DNA from: a candidate division WOR-3 bacterium
GTDB lineage: Bacteria > Hydrothermota > Tepidihabitantia > Tepidihabitantales > Tepidihabitantaceae
Direction: 5' to 3'
Assembly (NCBI GenBank): GCA_039801085.1
Contig: JBDRTY010000001.1
Location: forward strand, 236,354-300,353
DNA length: 64,000 nt
Below the pieces are notes generated by a model. The model was given only the letters and a program-made list of their open reading frames with translations, searched no databases and was not told the origin of the DNA. A program made the translations under genes and the position numbers. How positions within the stretch are numbered: the stretch's first letter is position 1; each line of letters opens with the position of its first letter. Positions 38,951-47,598 of the stretch are shown piece by piece.

Positions 38951-40887
38951 AGCGCCGGATCGGGGTTTTTGTCTGTCACTGCGGGATCAATATTGCGGGG
39001 GTGGTCAGGGTGCCGGAGCTGGTCGAGCGGGCAAAAAATATTCCCGGCGTGGTGACGGCGCTGGATTATGTCTACTGCTGTTCGGATCCGGGGCAGCGGT
39101 TGATCCGGGAGACAATTGAGCGGGAACGGCTGGAGGGGATTGTGGTCGCCTGCTGTTCCCCCAATCTTCATGAGACCACCTTCCGCAAGGCGGCGGCTGA
39201 GGCCGGTCTCAACCCCTATCTCTGTGAGATCGCCAATATCCGGGAGCAGTGCTCCTGGGTGACTTCTGACCGGGATGCTGCCACGGACAAGGCGGAGGGA
39301 ATTGTCCGGACAATGGTGGCGAAGGTGAGTCATGATCAGCCGCTCGTGCGGCTCGGTGTGCCGATTGTCAAGCGGGCGCTGGTGGTCGGAGCAGGCATTG
39401 CCGGCATCCAGGCAGCGCTGGACATCGCCAACGCCGGTTATGAGGTGGTGCTGGTGGAGAAGGAGCCGTCAATCGGCGGACATATGGCGCAGCTTTCTGA
39501 GACCTTTCCGACGCTCGACTGCTCCCAGTGCATTCTGACCCCGAAGACGGTGGAGGCGGGCCGTCATCCGAAAATCCGGCTTCTGACCTATTCCGAGGTT
39601 GCCGAGGTCTCCGGATTTGTCGGCAACTTCCGGGTGAAGATCCGGCAGAAGCCGCGCTATGTTGACCTTGACGCCTGCACCGGCTGCGGTATCTGTCTCG
39701 AGAAGTGTCCGGTGCGGGTGGAGTCGGCGTTTGACCGGAATCTGACCCGGCGCCGGGCGATCTACCGGCTCTTTCCGCAGGCGGTGCCGAACAAGGTGGT
39801 GATTGATGCGGAAAACTGCCGGCAGCTCCAAGGTAAGAAGTGCGGAGTATGTGCCAAGGTCTGTCCGGCGCAGGCGATCCGGTATGATGACCAGGAGCGG
39901 ATTGTCGAGGAGGAGGTGGGAGCGATCGTGCTTGCCACCGGCTATGAGCTTTTTGACAGCCGCCGGCTGGGTGCCTACGGGCTGGGGGTGGTGCCGGATG
40001 TAATTGACAGCCTCGCCTTTGAGCGCATCCTTTCTGCCTCCGGACCTTTTGCCGGTGAGGTGCGCCGGCCTTCGGATGGCAGAGTGCCGAAGCGGGTGGT
40101 TTTTGTCCAGTGTGCCGGTTCCCGGGATTCAAACCAGGGTGTGCCCTACTGTTCGAAGATCTGCTGTATGTACACCGCCAAGCATGCCCTGCTTTACCGG
40201 CACCGGGTCCATGATGGTGAGGCGATTGTCTGCTATATTGATGTCCGGACCCCGGGCAAGGGTTTTGAGGAGTTTTACCGCCGGGCAACGGATGAGGGGG
40301 TCCAGTATCTCCGGGGCAAGGTGTCCAAGATCTTCCGGCGCGGCGACCGGGTGGTGGTCTGGGCAGCCGATACCCTGGCAGGCAAGAAGCTGGAAATTGA
40401 GGCGGATATGGTGGTGCTGGCAAGTGCGGTCGTGCCCAATCCTGAGGGCGTGGCGCTGGCACGCAGGCTGAAAATTCCGGTAGACAGCTGGGGGTTTCTG
40501 TCTGAAGCCCATCCGAAGCTCCGGCCGGTGGAGACGCTGACCGCCGGCTTCTTCCTCTGCGGCTGCGGTCAGGGACCGAAGGACATTCCGGAGACGGTGG
40601 CGCAGGCGTCAGGTGCTGCTGCCAAGGTGCTGGCGATGTTCGGGCAGAGTGAGCTGTATCATGAGCCGGTGACCGCAGTGGTGGATGAGGAGATCTGTGT
40701 CGGGTGCGGGAACTGTGAGCGGACCTGTGCCTATGAGGCGGTCAAGGTTGACCGGCAGCTGGGCAGGGCGGTGGTGCAGGCGGTGATGTGTGAAGGGTGC
40801 GGTGCCTGTTCGGTTGCCTGCCCGGCTGGCGCAATCAACCTGAAGAACTTCACCAAACAGGCGCTGACTGAAATGGTGGATGTATGA
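38947..40887 (+). CDS. hdrA: Heterodisulfide reductase subunit A (canonical length, 646 aa)
   Basis: IGVFVCHCG, GAGIAG, TFPTLDCSQCI, QCAGSRD...CSKICC, EAHPKLRP, GPKDIPETV, inserted and C-terminal ferredoxins. Confidence 0.95.
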   Translation: MKRRIGVFVCHCGINIAGVVRVPELVERAKNIPGVVTALDYVYCCSDPGQRLIRETIERERLEGIVVACCSPNLHETTFRKAAAEAGLNPYLCEIANIREQCSWVTSDRDAATDKAEGIVRTMVAKVSHDQPLVRLGVPIVKRALVVGAGIAGIQAALDIANAGYEVVLVEKEPSIGGHMAQLSETFPTLDCSQCILTPKTVEAGRHPKIRLLTYSEVAEVSGFVGNFRVKIRQKPRYVDLDACTGCGICLEKCPVRVESAFDRNLTRRRAIYRLFPQAVPNKVVIDAENCRQLQGKKCGVCAKVCPAQAIRYDDQERIVEEEVGAIVLATGYELFDSRRLGAYGLGVVPDVIDSLAFERILSASGPFAGEVRRPSDGRVPKRVVFVQCAGSRDSNQGVPYCSKICCMYTAKHALLYRHRVHDGEAIVCYIDVRTPGKGFEEFYRRATDEGVQYLRGKVSKIFRRGDRVVVWAADTLAGKKLEIEADMVVLASAVVPNPEGVALARRLKIPVDSWGFLSEAHPKLRPVETLTAGFFLCGCGQGPKDIPETVAQASGAAAKVLAMFGQSELYHEPVTAVVDEEICVGCGNCERTCAYEAVKVDRQLGRAVVQAVMCEGCGACSVACPAGAINLKNFTKQALTEMVDV

Positions 40888-43800
40888 GCGGTAATGGTGA
40901 TCAGAGACCGATGACCGGTGCGGCGCTGGTGGTCGGCGCGGGAATTGCCGGCATTCAGACAGCCCTTGAGCTGGCTGAGTCCGGTTTCAAGGTCTATCTT
41001 GCCGACTCCTCACCGGCGATCGGCGGGGTGATGGCGATGCTGGACAAGACCTTCCCGACCAATGACTGCTCAATGTGCATTCTGGCACCGAAGCTGGTGG
41101 GTACGGGCCGGCATCCGAATATTGAGCTTTTGAACTGCGCTGAGCTTCTGGAGCTCCGGGGCGAGCCGGGCAACTTTACCGCCCGCATCCGGCAGCGGCC
41201 GCGGTATGTGCTTCTGGACAAGTGCACCGGCTGTCTGGACTGCACCAAGGTTTGTCCGGTCCGGGTTCCCGATGAATACAACCAGCGGCTTTCGGAAAGG
41301 GGTGCGATTTATAAACGTTTTGCCCAGGCGATTCCCAATGCGGTGGCGATTGACAAGGGTGAGCGCCGGGCACCCTGCCGGCTTGCCTGTCCGGCCGGGG
41401 TTAATGCCCAAGCTTATATTGCGCTGACCCGCGCCCGCAAGTTCAAGGAGGGGTATCTCAAGGTCCGGGAAAGGCTGCCGTTTGTTGGCATCTGTGGCCG
41501 GGTGTGCCATCACCCGTGTGAACAGGAGTGTAACCGGCAGCAGGTTGATGGTGAGCCGCCGGTGGCGATCAGGACGATCAAGCGGTTTCTTGCCGACTAT
41601 GCGGCGGCTCAGGGCGGTGTGCCCTATCCCGCACCGGCAGCGGAGCGGGAGGAGCGGATTGCGGTCATCGGTGCCGGACCGGCAGGACTGACCTGCGCGC
41701 TGGATCTACGGCTTAAGGGTTATCAGGTCACCGTTTTTGAGGCTGCGGACCAGCCCGGTGGTATGATGCGCTGGGGAATTCCTGCCTACCGTCTGCCGCG
41801 GAATGTGCTCGATCAGGAGATTAAGGATATCCTTGATACTGGAATTGAGCTGAAGCTGAATACACCGGTCAGAACAACCGCGGAACTGCAGGAGTTACGC
41901 AATCAGGGCTACCGGGCGGTTTTCGTTGCCCTTGGTGCCCAGCGCAGCCGGACGCTGAACATTCCGGGTATGGAGCTTGAGGGGGTTTTGCACGGAATTG
42001 AGTTTCTGCGCCAGGTTAACCGGGGTGAGGTGCCGGCGGTGGGCAGACGGGTGGTGGTTATCGGCGGTGGTAATGTCGCAGTCGATGTGGCGATGTGTGC
42101 CCGGCGCGCCGGTGCTGAGGAAGTAACGATGGTATGTCTGGAGCAGCGGGAGGAGATGCCGGCGCACGAATGGGAGATTGAGGAGGCGCTGGCTGAGGGC
42201 ATCAAGATCATGCCGGGCTGGGGTCCGGCAGCGATCCGGGGAGAAAACGGCAGCGTCAAGGGTCTGGAAACGGTAGAATGCGTCCGGGTGTTTGATGAAC
42301 AGCGCCGGTTCAATCCGGCGTTCAACCCGGAGCATACCGGATTTGTGTCCGCAGATACGGTAATTCTGGCAATCGGACAGCAGGTGGCGGCTGAAGGGTT
42401 TGAAGGTATTGAACGGGGAGCGGGAGGAACATTCAGGGTTGATCCGGTGACGCTGGAGGTCAGCGGGCTGGAAGGTGTTTTTGCCGGTGGCGATCTGGTG
42501 AGCGGACCGGCATCAGTAATTGAGGCAGTCCAGGCAGGGCATGAGGCGGCGATTTCTATTGACCGTTTTATCCGGGGGGAGGATCTGCGTGCAGGCAGAC
42601 CGGAGCCGAAGCCGGAGAAGGCAGGGCTTGAGGATTCTGCCGGATATCGGACCGGAATCAGAAAACAGCCCCGGACCGGGGAACCGGTTCTGCCGCCTGG
42701 TGAACGCAGTGGTGAGCAGGAGATTAACCTTGGTTTCTCTGAGGAACAGGCGGTCCTTGAGGCACAGCGGTGTCTGGACTGCGGAGTGTGCTGCGAGTGT
42801 CTGCAGTGTGTTGCCGCCTGTGAAGCGGGGGCAATTGATCACCTCCAGCAGGTGCAGGAACGGGAGCTGCAGATCGGGGCGGTGATTCTTGCCGGCGGGT
42901 TCACCGAGCACAAGCCGGTTGCTGATGTCAGTCTGGGATATGGCCGGCACCCGAACATTATCACCAGTCTGGAGTTTGAGCGGATCCTTTCCGCCACCGG
43001 TCCTTATGAGGGACATGTGCGCCGGCCTGGAGACCGGACTCAGCCGAAAAAGATTGCCTGGGTGCAGTGTGTCGGCTCAAGAAATCAGGAGCATTATTAC
43101 TGTTCTTCGGTCTGCTGCATGTTCGCAACCAAGGAGGCGGTGATTGCCAAGGAGCACTGCCTCGGTGATCTGGAGTGCCATATCTACTACATGGACATGC
43201 GCTGCTTCGGCAAGGGGTTTGAGCGCTATTACGAACGGGCGGAGAAGGAGTACGGGGTGGTCTTCCGCCGGTCAAGGGTGAGTGCCATCCGTGCTGTGCC
43301 CGATTCCGGTGATCTGATTATCTCCTATGAGGATGATCAGGGTCAGCTTCATGATGAGGTTTACAACCTGGTGGTGCTCTCCAGCGCGCTCGTGCCCAGC
43401 CCGGAGATGAAAAGCCTCTGCGAACGGCTCGGGGTCAAGACCGATGAACAGGGTTTTGTCCGGACCGAGACCTACTATCCGGTGGCGACGAGCCGGAGCG
43501 GGGTTTTTGCCTGCGGGGTGCTGACCGAGCCCAAGGACATTCCGGAAACGGTCACCGAGGCGACCGGCTGTGCCGGTGCGGTTGCCGGGCTGCTCAGTTC
43601 CGCCCGGAATACGCTGGTGAGCAAGAAGAGTTATCCCGCAGAGCGGGATGTCAGCCTGGAGGAGCCGAGAATCGGGGTTTTTGTCTGTAACTGCGGGATC
43701 AATATCGGCGGGGTGGTGCGGGTGCCAGAGGTGGTGGAGTATGCGCAGAATCTGCCTGGTGTGGTGCATGCGGAGGAAAATCTGTTTACCTGTTCGCAGG

Positions 43801-45329
43801 ACACCCAGGAGAAGATCAAGCGGGTGATCCAGGAACAGCGGTTGAACCGGGTGGTGGTGGCATCCTGTACCCCCAGAACCCATGAACCGCTGTTTCAGGA
43901 GACGCTGGCAGAAGCCGGACTCAACCGGTATCTTTTCACGATGGCAAACATCCGGGATCAGTGTTCCTGGGTGCATATGCATCTGCCCGCTGAGGCAACT
44001 GCAAAGGCAAAGGAGCTGGTGCGGATGGCGGTTGCCAATGCCCGCCGACTCAAGCCGCTGGGCTCTTCCTCCCAGAAGGTCATTCAGCGGGCGCTGGTCA
44101 TTGGCGGTGGTGTTGCCGGTATGACCGCGGCAATGTCAATTGCCGAGCAGGGGTTTGAGGTTTATCTGGTGGAACGGGAAAAGGAGCTGGGTGGTAATCT
44201 GCGCCGGTTACGCTACGATGAGGCCGGTAATCAGACCGCCGAGCTTGCGAGCCGGCTGGAGCGTCAGGTCCGTTCCCACCCCCGAATCCGGGTGCTGACC
44301 GGAGTCGAGATTACCGGGGTTAACGGTTACATCGGTAACTACCGGACAGCGGTGCGGCCGGTGGCAAGTTCTGATGCTGGTGAAGAAATTCTGGAGCACG
44401 GGGTCTATGTTGTGGCGGTAGGGGCAAATGAATATGTGCCCAGGGAGTATTTCTACCGCGAGGACGAGCGGGTCAAGACTCAGCTGGAGCTGGAGGCTTT
44501 GCTGGAGCAGGGGACTGATTTCAATTCGCAGACAGTTGTGATGATTCAGTGTGTCGGTTCCAGAAACAGCGAGCATCCCTGGTGTTCCCGGGTCTGCTGT
44601 ACTGAGGCAGTCAAGAATGCGCTGGCGATCCGGCGGCGCTATCCGCAGTCGCGGGTTTACATCTTCTACCGGGATATGCGGACCTACGGTTTCCGGGAGG
44701 CGTTGTACCGTGAAGCTCGGCGTGCCGGCGTTGTTTTCATTCATTACGAGCCTGATGATCTGAAGGTGGAGAAGCGGGATGGCAGAATTGTTGTCTCCAG
44801 CTATGATCCGGTGCTGGCACAGCGGATTGCAGCTGCTGCTGACTGGCTGGTGCTTTCAACCGGAGTTGTGCCCGCACCGGTGAACTCCCAGCTGGCAAAG
44901 ATGCTCAAGGTGCCGTTAAATGAGGATGGATTCTTCCTTGAAGCCCATATGAAGCTCCGGCCGGTGGACTTCAACACCGCCGGCATCTTCATGGCCGGAA
45001 TGTGTCACAGTCCGCGTTTTATTTCCGAAACCATCGCTCAGGCGCTGGCAGCAGCGGCGCGTGCCGGTTCAGTGATCAGTCAGGACACTATTACCACATC
45101 GGCGGTGGTTGCCCGGGTTAATACCCGCTGGTGTGCGGGCTGCGGAATCTGTGAGCAGGTTTGCCAGTACGAGGCGGCACGGCTCAATCCCGAAACCGGG
45201 AAATCGGAGGTGACTCCTGTGCTCTGTCAGGGCTGCGGGGCGTGTGCAGCTGCCTGTCCATCAAATGCAATTGAACTTCAGGGGTTTGAATCAAAGCAGC
45301 TGCTGGCAATGATTGAGGAGGCGCTGTGA
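40884..45329 (+). CDS. HdrL-like protein: double HdrA module with an inserted GltD/NfnB-type FAD/NAD(P) oxidoreductase
   Basis: Two HdrA FAD modules (QCVGSRN twice); insert with CPAGVN...CGRVCHHPCE, GAGPAG, GGGNVA, GGDLVSGP, EAQRCLDC. Confidence 0.88.
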   Translation: MSGNGDQRPMTGAALVVGAGIAGIQTALELAESGFKVYLADSSPAIGGVMAMLDKTFPTNDCSMCILAPKLVGTGRHPNIELLNCAELLELRGEPGNFTARIRQRPRYVLLDKCTGCLDCTKVCPVRVPDEYNQRLSERGAIYKRFAQAIPNAVAIDKGERRAPCRLACPAGVNAQAYIALTRARKFKEGYLKVRERLPFVGICGRVCHHPCEQECNRQQVDGEPPVAIRTIKRFLADYAAAQGGVPYPAPAAEREERIAVIGAGPAGLTCALDLRLKGYQVTVFEAADQPGGMMRWGIPAYRLPRNVLDQEIKDILDTGIELKLNTPVRTTAELQELRNQGYRAVFVALGAQRSRTLNIPGMELEGVLHGIEFLRQVNRGEVPAVGRRVVVIGGGNVAVDVAMCARRAGAEEVTMVCLEQREEMPAHEWEIEEALAEGIKIMPGWGPAAIRGENGSVKGLETVECVRVFDEQRRFNPAFNPEHTGFVSADTVILAIGQQVAAEGFEGIERGAGGTFRVDPVTLEVSGLEGVFAGGDLVSGPASVIEAVQAGHEAAISIDRFIRGEDLRAGRPEPKPEKAGLEDSAGYRTGIRKQPRTGEPVLPPGERSGEQEINLGFSEEQAVLEAQRCLDCGVCCECLQCVAACEAGAIDHLQQVQERELQIGAVILAGGFTEHKPVADVSLGYGRHPNIITSLEFERILSATGPYEGHVRRPGDRTQPKKIAWVQCVGSRNQEHYYCSSVCCMFATKEAVIAKEHCLGDLECHIYYMDMRCFGKGFERYYERAEKEYGVVFRRSRVSAIRAVPDSGDLIISYEDDQGQLHDEVYNLVVLSSALVPSPEMKSLCERLGVKTDEQGFVRTETYYPVATSRSGVFACGVLTEPKDIPETVTEATGCAGAVAGLLSSARNTLVSKKSYPAERDVSLEEPRIGVFVCNCGINIGGVVRVPEVVEYAQNLPGVVHAEENLFTCSQDTQEKIKRVIQEQRLNRVVVASCTPRTHEPLFQETLAEAGLNRYLFTMANIRDQCSWVHMHLPAEATAKAKELVRMAVANARRLKPLGSSSQKVIQRALVIGGGVAGMTAAMSIAEQGFEVYLVEREKELGGNLRRLRYDEAGNQTAELASRLERQVRSHPRIRVLTGVEITGVNGYIGNYRTAVRPVASSDAGEEILEHGVYVVAVGANEYVPREYFYREDERVKTQLELEALLEQGTDFNSQTVVMIQCVGSRNSEHPWCSRVCCTEAVKNALAIRRRYPQSRVYIFYRDMRTYGFREALYREARRAGVVFIHYEPDDLKVEKRDGRIVVSSYDPVLAQRIAAAADWLVLSTGVVPAPVNSQLAKMLKVPLNEDGFFLEAHMKLRPVDFNTAGIFMAGMCHSPRFISETIAQALAAAARAGSVISQDTITTSAVVARVNTRWCAGCGICEQVCQYEAARLNPETGKSEVTPVLCQGCGACAAACPSNAIELQGFESKQLLAMIEEAL

Positions 45330-45363
45330 AAGGCAAATATTGGTGCGCGGCAGGAGGTGACAG

Positions 45364-45783
45364 ATGAGCTTTGAACCCAAGATCGTCGGTTTTCTCTGTA
45401 ACTGGTGCACCTATGCGGGTGCGGATCTGGCAGGAACTTCACGGCTCCAGTATCCGCCGAATATGCGGCCGATCCGGGTGATGTGTTCCGGGGCAGTGGA
45501 CTCGGTTTACATCCTCCGGGCACTGCTGGAAGGGGCAGATGGGGTCTTCATCGGCGGTTGTCATCCGGGTGACTGCCACTATGTTTCCGGTAACTACAAG
45601 ACCAGGCGCCGGATGGTGCTGTTCAATTCAATCATGCGGGCACTCGGGCTGGATGAGGGGCGGGTGCTGTTGCGCTGGATATCTGCTGCTGAGGGCAAGA
45701 AATTTGCTGATACGGTAACGGAGATGACCGAGCGGTTGCGTCAGCTCGGTCCCAGTCCGTTCCGGAAGCTGTGGGAGGTGTGA
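45364..45783 (+). CDS. mvhD: MvhD/FlxD [2Fe-2S] subunit
   Basis: FLCNWCTYAGADLAG, VMCSG, GCHPGDCHY; all ligands are Cys (no UGA). Confidence 0.93.
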   Translation: MSFEPKIVGFLCNWCTYAGADLAGTSRLQYPPNMRPIRVMCSGAVDSVYILRALLEGADGVFIGGCHPGDCHYVSGNYKTRRRMVLFNSIMRALGLDEGRVLLRWISAAEGKKFADTVTEMTERLRQLGPSPFRKLWEV

Positions 45784-45784
45784 T

Positions 45785-46924
45785 TTGGGCAAGATCGGTC
45801 TGCTGCCAGTAAAAGACAACCGTCCGGTTCAGACGCTGCGTGAACTTTTTGTCCGCTGGCTGGAATCGGGTCATGTGTCTGCCCTGCTGGTGCCGGCGGT
45901 TTCCCCGGCCGGGGTGGTGGCGCCGGTGCTCTGGTCTGATCCGGAAAAAGCATTACAGATTTATCCGCTTTTGCCGGTGATGGGAATTAACAGTGCTGGT
46001 GTGGTGGCAGAGATTGCCGCGGATAAGGCGGAAGGCAGCCGGCTGGGAGTGGTATTAAGACCCTGTGAGATGCGGGCGGTGGTGGAGCTGATTAAGCTTC
46101 AGCAGATTGCCCGGGACAATCTGGTTCTGATCGGCGTGGACTGTGCAGGAACATACAAGCCGACCACCTTGGGATCTGAGCTTAAAAATGATGCGGGGGA
46201 ACTTGAGAACTGGATTACCGGGTTTCTGACCGCTCAGGACCGGTATCTGAAGGATGAGCGGTTACGCCGTGCCTGCCAGCTGTGTGAATTTCCAGTTCCG
46301 CTCGTTTATGATGTGGCGCTCGGCTTTCTCGGGGTCAATCCGAAGGAGCAGCTGCTGATTCAGTCTGCCAGTGAGCTGGGAGATATGCTGCTGACCGAAG
46401 TGAACATTTCGCCAGTCGCAGCAGTGCCGGCAGAGAGGCAAACGTATCTCGACCATTTCATTTCCAAGCGTCAGGAGCAGGCAGTCCGGGCGATTGCCGA
46501 TTTTGACCGGGCTGCTCTTGGTCCGGAAAATCTGGTGCGCTATTTTGCCTCCTGCATCAACTGCCATAACTGCATGAAGGTGTGTCCGGTCTGTTACTGC
46601 CGGGAATGTTTCTTTGACTCGGAGGTTCTGAAGCGGGACCTGGATGGTTATATCCGGGTGTCCCGGCGTAAGGGGCTGAACCGGATGCCGGCAGACACAC
46701 TGCTGTTTCATCTGACCAGAATGAACCACATGATGACCTCCTGTGTCCAGTGTGGCATCTGTGAGGATTCCTGTCCAGCCGGGATCGGTTTAAGCGTCAT
46801 GTTCAAGAAGGTTTCCCGGGAGGCGCAGGCAGCATTTGAATATCTATCCGGTCGCTCGCTTGAGGAGCCGTTGCCGCTGACCACCTTCCGTGAGGATGAG
46901 TTCCGGCAGATCGGGGAGGATTAG
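45785..46924 (+). CDS. FdhB/FrhB-family (FlxC-like) Fe-S flavoprotein subunit
   Basis: RPCEMRA, IGVDCAG, CINCHNCMKVCPVCYCREC, CVQCGICEDSCP. Confidence 0.8.
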   Translation: MGKIGLLPVKDNRPVQTLRELFVRWLESGHVSALLVPAVSPAGVVAPVLWSDPEKALQIYPLLPVMGINSAGVVAEIAADKAEGSRLGVVLRPCEMRAVVELIKLQQIARDNLVLIGVDCAGTYKPTTLGSELKNDAGELENWITGFLTAQDRYLKDERLRRACQLCEFPVPLVYDVALGFLGVNPKEQLLIQSASELGDMLLTEVNISPVAAVPAERQTYLDHFISKRQEQAVRAIADFDRAALGPENLVRYFASCINCHNCMKVCPVCYCRECFFDSEVLKRDLDGYIRVSRRKGLNRMPADTLLFHLTRMNHMMTSCVQCGICEDSCPAGIGLSVMFKKVSREAQAAFEYLSGRSLEEPLPLTTFREDEFRQIGED

Positions 46925-46926
46925 TC

Positions 46927-47598
46927 ATGGCAGAACTGCTCCTGAACGAACTGGATGCCAGTTTCAAGCACCGGATTGCAGAACGGATGGGCGATGACAG
47001 TTTTCTCAACTGTTTTGCCTGCGGTTCCTGCACCGCTTCCTGTCCGGTGCGCCGGCTGGAGGAGAAATACAATCCCCGCCGGCTGATCAGGATGGCGATT
47101 CTGGGAATGAAGGAGGAGGTTTACCGCTCGGAATTCCTCTGGCTCTGTTCCTATCACTCTACCTGCCATTATCGCTGTCCGCAGAAGGTGAATATCGGAG
47201 CAGTCTGCGATGCGGTGGTGCGGATCCGGCAGGAGCGGGACGAAAATCACTGGCCGGCAGGTCCTACCCGTGAATTTCGCCAGCGGGTGCTGCGGGAGGT
47301 TTCCGGCGTGAGCGCCTGTTTTGTCTGCGGAACCTGCACCGCGGTCTGTCCCGAAAGTTTTCTTGATCCTTCGCGGGATCCAAGAAAGTTCATCCGCAAG
47401 GTTAATCTCGGTCTGGCACAGGCGGCACTGGCCGATGAGTTCAAGGATATCTGCGCCACCCATTTACGGTGTGAGAGCCGCTGTCCGCAGGGGGTGAAGA
47501 TCAGCCGGGTGATGCAGGCACTGCGCGAGCTGGCGCTGGAAGACGGTTTTTCCTGTCCAGAATCGTTAAACTTTCTGAAAAATCAGACAGATGACTGA
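46927..47598 (+). CDS. Tandem (double) HdrC-like ferredoxin
   Basis: Two HdrC repeats: CFACGSCTASCP/CSYHSTCHYRCP and CFVCGTCTAVCP/CATHLRCESRCP. Confidence 0.85.
   Translation: MAELLLNELDASFKHRIAERMGDDSFLNCFACGSCTASCPVRRLEEKYNPRRLIRMAILGMKEEVYRSEFLWLCSYHSTCHYRCPQKVNIGAVCDAVVRIRQERDENHWPAGPTREFRQRVLREVSGVSACFVCGTCTAVCPESFLDPSRDPRKFIRKVNLGLAQAALADEFKDICATHLRCESRCPQGVKISRVMQALRELALEDGFSCPESLNFLKNQTDD

Noticed and set aside
39368-40462. 364-aa Pro/Arg/Ala-rich antisense ORF, and similar long antisense ORFs (25060-25911, 23692-24525, 35246-36046)
   Set aside because: Low-complexity products expected opposite GC-rich genes; no motifs or RBS.
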